From assembly GCA_963814845.1 (NCBI GenBank), contig CAWFEP010000007.1, forward strand, positions 64,225 to 128,224: 64,000 nt of DNA, in the 5' to 3' direction. Shown piece by piece: positions 31,009 to 39,189 of this stretch. Made by a program: the position numbers and the translations under genes. Source of the stretch: an uncultured Actinomycetota bacterium (GTDB lineage Bacteria > Actinomycetota > Actinomycetes > JAFAQI01). Under the pieces are notes generated by a model that saw only the letters and a program-made list of their open reading frames with translations, searched no databases and was not told the DNA's origin. Position 1 is the stretch's first letter, and the number at the start of each line of letters is the position of its first letter.

Positions 31009-32100
31009 TCAGATCACCGGGGCCAGCGGGGTGCCACGAAGATGGCGCATCGACAGTGCAGCTGGGCCGAGCGGCAGCCACAGGTTGCACACCCGGTAGG
31101 CGAATACGGCGAGCACGGCGGCCGCTAGTGGCACCGTCATCCAGTGCATCGCGAACGGCATCAAGGCTTCGGCCGCGCCGGCACCCGCCAGCGGCAGGCT
31201 CCGTCGCGTGAAGGCGTAACCGCTGGCATAACCGACAACGAGCACGTCGACCGGCACCGGATGTTGCACAACGGCGAGGCACGCACCCAACGCGGCGATG
31301 TCAGCTGCCCAGTAGAGCGCCATGCCTCCCGCCGCCACCACACCAGCGCGGGAGACGACGACGACACGAAGCATCGCGGCCACGGCATCCAACGTCTGAT
31401 GAATCGGTGTCCAGAACCACCCCTTGGCCGGCAACCGCTCACGAAAGACAAACAGACATCCGACCAGAGCGGAGCCAACCGGTACACCGATCAGCCACGA
31501 AGCCAACATCCCGCCCTGGGCCGGGAAGTGACCGAGGAACAACACGATGGCGCAAATGAACGCGGCCGGCGCCAGCAACGCGTACTCCAACATTCCCAAC
31601 GTCATGACGCGGCCACGTGCCGCGGCAACGGACAGACCGTGGTCGCGCCACACCGCCCGGTCGAGGGTGAAGCCGGTCCTGGGGGTCAGCATGCCGAATC
31701 CGGCCAACACCGAGATGCCCATTCGCGCGACCGAGACCGACGGGCCACCGCGGCTGCGCAGCACCTCGCGGTAGGCGAGGGTGTAGCCGGCGTGGCTGAC
31801 GACGACACAGCCCACCGCAAGGGGCAGCCATCGCCAGTCGGCCTGGCTGACCAAGCTCCCGATCGCGGCAAACCCCGCGACCCAGCCGTCGCCGGTCAAC
31901 GCCGCGCCAGCCAGCGCCGCACCGAGCACGATCGTCGCGAGCGCTCCGCCAGGAGTGACCAGCCGATGGTGGCCCGACCACCAAGAGGTCAACCGCTCGC
32001 GGAAGCGATGCCAGCCCATGTCAGGGGGCGTACCCGGGGTGAGCGTGGAATATCCGGCCTGGACCGGCCCACCCTGCTCGGACACTGTTCGAAACCTCAT
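31009..32100 (-). CDS. membrane protein resembling the lysylphosphatidylglycerol-synthase TM / flippase-like (UPF0104) family
   Basis: It is polytopic. The C-terminal pattern VVGYASGYAFTRRSLPLAGAGAAEALMPFAM recalls the LPG_synthase_TM family. Start uncertain (MRFRTV at 32100; the track ORF extends to 32292). Confidence 0.55.
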   Translation of the reverse strand: MRFRTVSEQGGPVQAGYSTLTPGTPPDMGWHRFRERLTSWWSGHHRLVTPGGALATIVLGAALAGAALTGDGWVAGFAAIGSLVSQADWRWLPLAVGCVVVSHAGYTLAYREVLRSRGGPSVSVARMGISVLAGFGMLTPRTGFTLDRAVWRDHGLSVAAARGRVMTLGMLEYALLAPAAFICAIVLFLGHFPAQGGMLASWLIGVPVGSALVGCLFVFRERLPAKGWFWTPIHQTLDAVAAMLRVVVVSRAGVVAAGGMALYWAADIAALGACLAVVQHPVPVDVLVVGYASGYAFTRRSLPLAGAGAAEALMPFAMHWMTVPLAAAVLAVFAYRVCNLWLPLGPAALSMRHLRGTPLAPVI

Positions 32101-32306
32101 TTGCCGTCGGCGCTCGTCAACCACGTGACGCAGCCGAGTCCACTCCAGCCGCATCAACTGTGGTCTTAGGTTCTTCGGTCCCAGCATCGGCGACCTTGAT
32201 CTCATCACGCGGCCGCCGCGTGTCAACACCGCATGGCCGGTTTCGGCAGCCGAGCCGCGGCTCGAGGACGGGCCCGTGGATACTGGTCTCAAATATCGCT
32301 CAAATC

Positions 32307-33905
32307 ATGCAGGATGCCCCGACCACTGCGACTCGACGAGCTCGAGGAGGATCGATGACGAGAGCCGCGACGCCGGTCAACTTCACCGTGACGCTGGCGG
32401 GCCGACCGGGATCGAGCGCCAGCCAGCTGTCGCACGCCCTGATCGGGGCCATCGCGGCCGGTCAGATTCACGATGGTGACCGGCTGCCATCGAGCCGCAC
32501 TCTCGCCACGAGCGTCGGATTGGCCAGATCCGTGGTCGTGAACGCCTACGAGGAGCTCGTCGCTGCCGGGTTTCTGATCGCACGTCCGGGTGGCTCCACC
32601 TACGTCGAGGAGGGCGCTGGCGCCGCGTCACGCGCCGGGGCCTTCGGCACGCCACTTCCTGCGCCTGCGCCCGAACTCCCTCAGGTGCCCCGGCACGTCG
32701 CGTATGACCTTCGCCCAGGCCTGGCCGACGCGACCTTGATCTCCGCACGAGACTGGGCTCGAGCAGTACGGTCGGCGGCTGCGCCGGCCCTCACACCGGA
32801 GGATCTTGCCGACCCTGGCGAGGACTTTCCAGGCACGGCAGTCCACACCTCGCACCTCGAGCTCCGCCGGCTGCTCACCCCTCACCTACGCCGCACCCGC
32901 GGCTTGGCGGTCGAGCCCGACGATCTGTTCCTGTTTCCGAGCGTCGGTGCGGCACTCGAGGCCGTCACCAGCGTGTGCGACCTCGCGGGGCAGGACGTCG
33001 GCTTTGAGGATCCTGGCTACACCAAAGCTCGGATCGCGCTGCACGCTGCAGGTGCGCGGATCCGGCCGATCACCGTCGACGATGACGGCGTGCGCGCCGA
33101 GAGCCTGCGCTCGAGCGACCGGGCGGTCTACGTGACGCCAGCACACCAGTTTCCCCTCGGCGGCCGGATGCCGGTGTCGCGCCGGACCGAGTTACTCGAC
33201 TGGGCTGGCACCCATCAGGCGCTAGTGCTCGAGGACGACTACGACGGTGAGTTCCGGTACGACGTGCCACCGCTCCCGCCGCTACGCAGCATGCCGACCG
33301 GAGCCGAGCACGTCGTCTACTTCGGCACGAGTGCAAAAGTGCTGACTCGCGCGCTACGAGTGTCGTGGGTTGCGCTGCCGAGCCGGTACCGCGCGCCGAT
33401 GAACCAACACCTGGTGCGCTCAGGCGACACGGTCAGCGAGCTGTCCACGGCGGTGCTGCGCAGCTACCTCGCGACTGGGGCCTTGACTCGGCATCAGGCT
33501 CGCGCGATGCGCACGTACCGGGCACGCCAGGCTCGCTTCGTCGCCGCGTGTTACGAGCTGATACCCGGCGTTCGCGCGCTGGGTATCGAGGCCGGTTTGC
33601 ACGTTGTCCTCACGTTCGATGGCGGCATCGACGACGTCGCAGCGGCCAGCCTGCTTGCCGATGCCGGACTCGCCTGCTACCCGCTGTCCAGCTTCTACGC
33701 CCGGCCCGAAGCCGCCGACCGCACCGGGTTGGTCTGCGGCTACTCCCGCTTGCCGGAGACGAAGGCAGTCCGCGCGGCGAGACTGATCGCGAGTGCCGCG
33801 CGCGAGCTCAACTCCGGTCAGCCGATTGGCCAGGGCGAGCTCTGCAGCAACGCGATAACCGATGGTGAGATCGGGGTGTCGGCCGGCACGTGGGTCGACG
33901 TCTGA
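32307..33905 (+). CDS. MocR-type regulator (GntR HTH fused to PLP-dependent aminotransferase-like domain)
   Basis: The N-terminal wHTH reads LPSSRTLATSVGLARSVVVNAYEELVAAGFLIARPGGSTYV. A fold-type-I aminotransferase-like domain follows (YVTPAHQFPLGGRM, FGTSAKVL). Start set at ATG 32307. Confidence 0.85.
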   Translation: MQDAPTTATRRARGGSMTRAATPVNFTVTLAGRPGSSASQLSHALIGAIAAGQIHDGDRLPSSRTLATSVGLARSVVVNAYEELVAAGFLIARPGGSTYVEEGAGAASRAGAFGTPLPAPAPELPQVPRHVAYDLRPGLADATLISARDWARAVRSAAAPALTPEDLADPGEDFPGTAVHTSHLELRRLLTPHLRRTRGLAVEPDDLFLFPSVGAALEAVTSVCDLAGQDVGFEDPGYTKARIALHAAGARIRPITVDDDGVRAESLRSSDRAVYVTPAHQFPLGGRMPVSRRTELLDWAGTHQALVLEDDYDGEFRYDVPPLPPLRSMPTGAEHVVYFGTSAKVLTRALRVSWVALPSRYRAPMNQHLVRSGDTVSELSTAVLRSYLATGALTRHQARAMRTYRARQARFVAACYELIPGVRALGIEAGLHVVLTFDGGIDDVAAASLLADAGLACYPLSSFYARPEAADRTGLVCGYSRLPETKAVRAARLIASAARELNSGQPIGQGELCSNAITDGEIGVSAGTWVDV

Positions 33906-34537
33906 GGTTCGCGATACGCGGTCACGATGGGGACAACGCCGGTCCACAGACCGTCAATCGCTTCACCGTCGGCTGGCTCGCCGGGCCCGGCATCGCGGAC
34001 CTTCACCGTCCACTGTCCCTCGACGATCTCCATCGCCAACGCGGTCGTCGCCGCGAGTTGCTTCTTGGTGTGGAACGGCACTTCGTTCGATCGTCCCGGC
34101 ATCAGCGTTGCGCCGATCTGAGTCAGCGCATCAACTGCCTCGTCGCCGACTAGCGGCATCAGCTCGCCATGGACGACTGCGGACCGGTAGTTCGCGCTCG
34201 AGTCGAACAACGTATGTGCGTAGACCCAGCCGTCCATATGCAGTACGCACAGTGCTGCTGGCGCGCCGGCAGCAACCTGCCGCAATGCTCCTGCGCCGGT
34301 CGAACCATGGAGCAACACTCGGTCCCCTACTCGGGCGTAAAGCATGGGGACAACCAAGGGCTGCCCGGCCACGACTGTGCTCAGCGTGCCGACCTTGTGG
34401 CCAGTATCCAAGACCGCGTCCAACTCAGCGCGGTCGTAGCGGGCGCGTTCAGGATGGCGACCAATCGCGTTCACATGTTGGGTCACAGCAACCATCTTGT
34501 CTCGCTCGCTTGCTGCGCGCGAGACCGGTTCATGCAA
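33818..34537 (-). CDS. pyridoxamine 5'-phosphate oxidase-like FMN-binding split-barrel protein
   Basis: RARYDRAELDAVLDTGHKVGTLSTVVAGQPLVVPMLYARVGDRVLLHGS is typical of the PNPOx-like/NimA-like family. The start may be the internal MVAVTQ. The 3' end overlaps mocR by 88 nt. Confidence 0.7.
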   Translation of the reverse strand: MHEPVSRAASERDKMVAVTQHVNAIGRHPERARYDRAELDAVLDTGHKVGTLSTVVAGQPLVVPMLYARVGDRVLLHGSTGAGALRQVAAGAPAALCVLHMDGWVYAHTLFDSSANYRSAVVHGELMPLVGDEAVDALTQIGATLMPGRSNEVPFHTKKQLAATTALAMEIVEGQWTVKVRDAGPGEPADGEAIDGLWTGVVPIVTAYREPQTSTHVPADTPISPSVIALLQSSPWPIG

Positions 34538-34640
34538 ACCGAGCAGGCCAGAATGATGCGGAAAGACCTGGCCGCGGTCACCGACCTCCGCCTCAGTCCG
34601 TTACTCGCTCCCTGGCCGCCTGCAACGCTTAGCAACCCAC

Positions 34641-34725
34641 GGCTTGACTCTGCACGAGAGGGCTTGACTCACGCAGTCAATCTGCCGACACATCAGTAAG
34701 ACCGCGGTTTCGAGATCGAGTCAAG
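34641..34725. promoter_or_regulatory. repeated CTTGACTC elements upstream of the polysaccharide operon
   Basis: GGCTTGACTC occurs at 34641-34650 and again at 34661-34670, 20 bp apart. The palindrome TTGACT-CACGC-AGTCAA lies at 34664-34680. The inverted copy GAGTCAAG lies at 34718-34725, just before the RBS and ATG 34734. Confidence 0.45.
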
Positions 34726-34733
34726 GACCAGAG

Positions 34734-36101
34734 ATGATGTCACAACCTGCGCTGTTGGAGACCTCCACCGCGGGCGAGGACCGCGCTGCGCCTCCCGCGG
34801 ATCGGAGCCGGCGGATCCGACCGGTCGCCGGTGCGCACCGCTTCCGATTCGACACCGCGATCGTCGGCCTTGGCTATGTCGGCCTGCCGACCGCACTAGC
34901 GTTCCACGCTGCTGGTCAACGAGTGCTTGGGCTCGACCTTGATGAGGCTCGCATCGACGACGTGCGCTGCGGCGCAGTAGACGTCACTGCGCAGGACCTC
35001 CATCGGCTGCGACATGCGGTCTCGGGTAGCGACCTCATCTTGGCGGGCAACACCAGCCGCATCCACGAGGCGGCGACGGTGATCATCTGCGTCCCGACGC
35101 CGGTAGACGAGCAGCGCGAACCAGATCTCACCGCTCTACGAAGTGCATGCGCAACCGTCGTAGCCAATGCGGTCGCCGGCCAGACGCTCATCCTCGCGTC
35201 GACTACGTACGTCGGCTCAACTCGTGAGCTTCTCGGAGATCCGCTGACCGCGCGGGGTTTGGTGCCAGGCACCGACATCTTCGTGGCCTTCAGCCCCGAA
35301 CGAATCGATCCTGGCGCCGAGCGCACCTCGCACGAGGAGGTGCCACGCGTGGTCGGTGGACTGACCGCGCAGTGCACCGCTGAAGCCGTTGCCGCACTCC
35401 GCGGCTACGCCAGGCAGTTACACACCGTGACCTCCGCAGAGACCGCGGAGTTCACCAAACTGCACGAGAACACCTTTCGGGCGGTGAACATCGCCTACGC
35501 CAACGAAATGAGCACCGCGGCACGAGCACTGGGCCTTGACATCACGGAAGTCATCGACGCCGCAGCCACGAAGCCATACGGCTTCATGCCCTTTCTTCCT
35601 GGTCCTGGTGTTGGCGGCCATTGCATCCCTTGCGATCCCCACTACCTGTTATGGCAGCTACGGCCAACCAATCGTCGGCTTCCGTTGGTCGAGCAAGCCA
35701 TGACATCGATCGCCGAGCGACCGTCACATGTCGTCGATCGCATCTGCGAGGCGATCAGTCAGTCAGGACGTGCGGTCGCGGACTCCGAGGTGCTCGTTGT
35801 CGGTGTCGCCTACAAACCAAATCTGGCCGACATTCGCGAGTCCTCAGCGCTCACCGTCATGACCAGCCTGTTGCAGGCCGGAGCCTGCGTCCATTACTTC
35901 GATCCACTCGTTCCCCGGCTCACGCTGCATGACGGTACGGTCCTTCGTTCAGTCGAAAACCCCGCCGATGTCAACGCCGATCTCGTCCTGCTCCACACCG
36001 CCCACGCCACCATCACACTCGACTGGCTCAGCCCAGAAGCCGTGCTGTTGAACGCGACGTACCGGCAAGTCGCCGGTCATACCAACCAAATGATGCTTTG
36101 A
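34734..36101 (+). CDS. nucleotide-sugar 6-dehydrogenase (UDP-glucose/GDP-mannose dehydrogenase family; substrate not assignable)
   Basis: IVGLGYVGLPTALAF is the N-terminal NAD fold. The catalytic region reads FLPGPGVGGHCIPCDP. The central and C-terminal UDPG_MGDP_dh domains are present. Confidence 0.85.
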   Translation: MMSQPALLETSTAGEDRAAPPADRSRRIRPVAGAHRFRFDTAIVGLGYVGLPTALAFHAAGQRVLGLDLDEARIDDVRCGAVDVTAQDLHRLRHAVSGSDLILAGNTSRIHEAATVIICVPTPVDEQREPDLTALRSACATVVANAVAGQTLILASTTYVGSTRELLGDPLTARGLVPGTDIFVAFSPERIDPGAERTSHEEVPRVVGGLTAQCTAEAVAALRGYARQLHTVTSAETAEFTKLHENTFRAVNIAYANEMSTAARALGLDITEVIDAAATKPYGFMPFLPGPGVGGHCIPCDPHYLLWQLRPTNRRLPLVEQAMTSIAERPSHVVDRICEAISQSGRAVADSEVLVVGVAYKPNLADIRESSALTVMTSLLQAGACVHYFDPLVPRLTLHDGTVLRSVENPADVNADLVLLHTAHATITLDWLSPEAVLLNATYRQVAGHTNQMML

Positions 36102-36155
36102 CCGAGCTAGCTATCGACGTCACTGCCGCGAGGGTGACGCAAGGAAGGGTTTTCG

Positions 36156-36317
36156 ATGTATGACGAAGACGCCCCACACACCGCCGCCACGACGGCTGCG
36201 GCGACAGGGCTGCTGGGGCTGTCCGCGTGGCTGTCATGGACCATCCTGGCGGTGGTAGTCATCGTGGTCTTCCTGACGATCGGCTTGCGGTTCTGGAGTC
36301 GCCGGAGCAGTTCATGA
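36156..36317 (+). CDS. 53-aa single-TM micro-protein (below the ORF-track length cutoff)
   Basis: Own translation: MYDEDAPHTAATTAAATGLLGLSAWLSWTILAVVVIVVFLTIGLRFWSRRSSS. AAGGAAGG lies 7 nt upstream of the ATG. The ORF sits between the dehydrogenase stop and the GT2 start. Confidence 0.45.
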   Translation: MYDEDAPHTAATTAAATGLLGLSAWLSWTILAVVVIVVFLTIGLRFWSRRSSS

Positions 36318-36326
36318 GCCTCGCTT

Positions 36327-37667
36327 ATGACAGCTAACGACGGAACAGGTCGGCCTGTTGCGCGGCATCGTGACCATGGTGAACGCACTCAGTTACTGAA
36401 CTCAAGGCTCACAGCCTGGGCGAGTGCCCTCATCAGCGCGCAATTGATGCTTTCGTTTCACCGCTCGACCTGGAAAGAGAGCTGGACAATCGAAACGGGG
36501 TTCTTTGCGCTGGTTTCGCTGATGTTTGTGGCGATGCTGATCCTCTCCGCCAACGGCCGATCGTTTCGAACTCTTCCCGTGGCTCAGGGCAGGGTGGTCG
36601 CACTCGTTCCGTCGTACAACGAGAATCCGTTCACCCTGCAGGCCTGCGTATGGTCACTTCTCAACGGCACCGTCGTACCTGACGTCATACACGTAATCGA
36701 TGACGGGTCGGTGACTCGGGTCCTCTGCTTCGACCATCCAAGGGTCGTCTGGCACCGCACCACTAACCAAGGAAAGCGCGCAGCGCAGATCCACGGGCTC
36801 GACTGTGAGAAGGACGCAGATTTCGTGCTCACGGTCGACTCTGACTCCATCGTTGACAGCCACGCGCTGGAGGAACTTCTGCGTTCAATGTCTGCACCGG
36901 GAGTGCAGGCGGTCACGGGTACATGCCTGGTACGGAACAGGACCCGAAATCTCATTACCCGACTGACGGATCTTGAATTCGTCAGCGGGAACTTCGTCGC
37001 GCGGCGTGCGCGATCCTGCTTAGGAGCCGTCGCACCAACGTCGGGGCCATTGTCGCTCTATCGCGCAGACATTGTCACAGCTAACCGCGATGACTACCTC
37101 ACCAGCGGTACCTACGGCGATGATCGTCGATTGACGCACTACAGCTTGCTTCGCGGTCGTGTCGTCGTGTGCGACACCGCCATCGTTGAGATGGAGATGC
37201 CCCACACGATCAACGGGCTATACCGACAACGGGTTCGTTGGTCGAAGGGCTATGTGAAGTATTTGCCATGGGAGCTGGGCCACCTGTCCGGGGCAGCACT
37301 GTTTCTGCGGATGTGGAACACGGTGCTCATCGGGGTGATGCCGTTCATCTTCGTCACGGCGTTCGTCGTTGCACCTCTCACCAACCACGAGGTGAACTGG
37401 ACGGCATGGTTCTATTGGTGTCTGCTGCTGTACGCGCAAACGCTGACATACGCCGTAGGTCGGCCCTGGGTGCCCGCCTGGGAGCGTTGGCTCACATGGC
37501 TTTTAGGCACGCCTTGCCTCATCGCTTTGCAGATCCTCTTGATGCGGCCAGCCCTTTACCATGCGGCATTGACGGTGCGCGACCACTCCTGGGCAACGAG
37601 AGACGTTCAAGTCGAGCAGAAAAGCGCGCCGCCCGCGCTGATCCGCGAGGCCGCCGCGCCGGTCTAG
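36327..37667 (+). CDS. processive family-2 glycosyltransferase of the HasA / NodC / chitin-synthase type
   Basis: Two N-terminal and about 3-4 C-terminal TM segments are present. Blocks matching my recollection of S. pyogenes HasA: VALVPSYNEN, HVIDDGS, NQGKRAAQ, DADFVLTVDSDS, ALEELLRSM, VRNRTRNLITRLTDLEF, TSGPLSLYR, GDDRRLTHY, QRVRWSKG and the terminal RDHSWATR. Confidence 0.85.
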   Translation: MTANDGTGRPVARHRDHGERTQLLNSRLTAWASALISAQLMLSFHRSTWKESWTIETGFFALVSLMFVAMLILSANGRSFRTLPVAQGRVVALVPSYNENPFTLQACVWSLLNGTVVPDVIHVIDDGSVTRVLCFDHPRVVWHRTTNQGKRAAQIHGLDCEKDADFVLTVDSDSIVDSHALEELLRSMSAPGVQAVTGTCLVRNRTRNLITRLTDLEFVSGNFVARRARSCLGAVAPTSGPLSLYRADIVTANRDDYLTSGTYGDDRRLTHYSLLRGRVVVCDTAIVEMEMPHTINGLYRQRVRWSKGYVKYLPWELGHLSGAALFLRMWNTVLIGVMPFIFVTAFVVAPLTNHEVNWTAWFYWCLLLYAQTLTYAVGRPWVPAWERWLTWLLGTPCLIALQILLMRPALYHAALTVRDHSWATRDVQVEQKSAPPALIREAAAPV

Positions 37668-37762
37668 CGGCCCCCACGCCCACTGGCGGGTGAGCTCAGC
37701 CACGTATCACCGCGCTCCCTGCGCTGCTCATGGCAGTGAAAGGGACTCGCTGAGGGGTACGG

Positions 37763-38005
37763 ATGGCTGGCTGGTCGGCGCTGACGCGCCTGGTGTATGC
37801 AACGTTGTCGGCAGCGGGTGCACTGATCGTGGTCACCGTTCTGTTTTCTCACTATGCGATTGGTGACGCGTGGACCGCCGGCGGCGCGTGCTACTCCCAC
37901 CCACTCCTTGTCCAGACGTGCCACGCGAGCTCACCACCCTCGCAGCCCAACGTGACGTTGGTTTTCGAACGCCGGACTCCAGCGCGCTCTACCCTGGCTC
38001 GGTGA
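37763..38005 (+). CDS. possible small membrane protein (80 aa)
   Basis: MAGWSALTRLVYATLSAAGALIVVTVLF carries one TM. GAGGGG lies upstream. Its stop overlaps the GTG of the next gene (GTGA). Weak call. Confidence 0.35.
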   Translation: MAGWSALTRLVYATLSAAGALIVVTVLFSHYAIGDAWTAGGACYSHPLLVQTCHASSPPSQPNVTLVFERRTPARSTLAR

Positions 38006-39060
38006 TTCGCCAGACGTATCGCAGCTTTCGACTCGGCGCCACAGTCCTCGTGGTGACAGCCTGCGTGACGGCCACCGCTGCTGCAGCGACGACGTCGGTG
38101 GCCGCCAACCGACCTGGGCACACGGCGGCTGCCCGGCTAGCTCACCACTGCCCGCTGCTGTTCACGAGATCGTTCGTCGCGAAGCTCCACCGGAGCTATC
38201 CGGAACAGCGGGTGACGGCGGCGATCAACGACACCTTGACGGGCTGCCACTACTACCTTCACCGCGACATGCGCATCACAACCGCATCCGTGATCAAGGC
38301 GCAGGTCCTTGGCGCGGTCTTGTTGCGAGCCCAGGAGCAAGGCCGCGGCCTCGACCGCTACGAGAAGGCGCGAGTCGGCCCGATGATCCACTATTCACTC
38401 AATGACCCGTACGTGTCCGACCTCTACGAGCTCGTCGGCGGCGTGGCCGGCATGAACGAGTTTGACCGCCAGATGGACGCCACTCACACCACCAACACAT
38501 TGGAGTACGGCGCGACCATCACGACCGCGATCGACCGGACCCGCATCGCCCTGCGCATGTTGTATGGCCGCGGACCGCTCCACCATGCCGCGAGGGCGAC
38601 AGCCTGGCGCTACATGTCACATGTCACTCCAACGCAACGCTGGGGTATCACCGCTGGCCTGCCGCGAGGTTGGACGGTGGCGCAGAAGAACGGCTTCTAT
38701 CCGATGCCTGGAAACGGCTGGCGGGTCGGATCGACGGGCTTCGCGAGAGCTCCTGGCAGCACGCAGGGCTATGCGATCACAGTGATGACCGACCGCGACC
38801 CGAACCAGTTCCGCGGCATCCGGATCGTGGAGCGCGTTGCTCGGCGGGTCGCTGCCGCCCTCACCGTCGGGCCACCAGCGAGACGAATCGTGGATCGGGC
38901 GCGCTGCGTCGAAACCCATGCCGGTGAGACCTGGCTGAGCGTGGCTCGAGCGCTCGGAGTGCCCCCGTCGCAGTGGCGCCGGGTGAGGCTCGTCTCAGGC
39001 GGCAATCCGTACCCGCTCGATGGCCAGCAGGCCTGCTCGCCACGCTTGCGGCCTGCCTGA
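38002..39060 (+). CDS. secreted serine hydrolase, class-A beta-lactamase-related fold
   Basis: The signal-like N-terminus reads IRQTYRSFRLGATVLVVTACVTATAAAA. TASVIK (SxxK), SLND (SxN-like) and KNG (KTG-like) are in the expected order. Start chosen at GTG 38002. Confidence 0.6.
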   Translation: MIRQTYRSFRLGATVLVVTACVTATAAAATTSVAANRPGHTAAARLAHHCPLLFTRSFVAKLHRSYPEQRVTAAINDTLTGCHYYLHRDMRITTASVIKAQVLGAVLLRAQEQGRGLDRYEKARVGPMIHYSLNDPYVSDLYELVGGVAGMNEFDRQMDATHTTNTLEYGATITTAIDRTRIALRMLYGRGPLHHAARATAWRYMSHVTPTQRWGITAGLPRGWTVAQKNGFYPMPGNGWRVGSTGFARAPGSTQGYAITVMTDRDPNQFRGIRIVERVARRVAAALTVGPPARRIVDRARCVETHAGETWLSVARALGVPPSQWRRVRLVSGGNPYPLDGQQACSPRLRPA

Positions 39061-39109
39061 CGCTGCCGCGGGTAAAAGCGACGATCGGCGGGAGAGCTCA
39101 CCGCGAAGA

Positions 39110-39137
39110 CCCCGCCGCTTTTCAGTGAAGGGCGGGG
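39110..39137 (+). terminator. GC-rich hairpin after the hydrolase gene
   Basis: CCCCGCC (39110-39116) and GGCGGGG (39131-39137) form a stem with a 14-nt loop, 50 nt after the stop. No U-tail follows. Confidence 0.35.
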
Positions 39138-39189
39138 CCGAGAATGCCGATCAAACGATCATGGGCCAGACGGGACGACGTCGAGGCTG

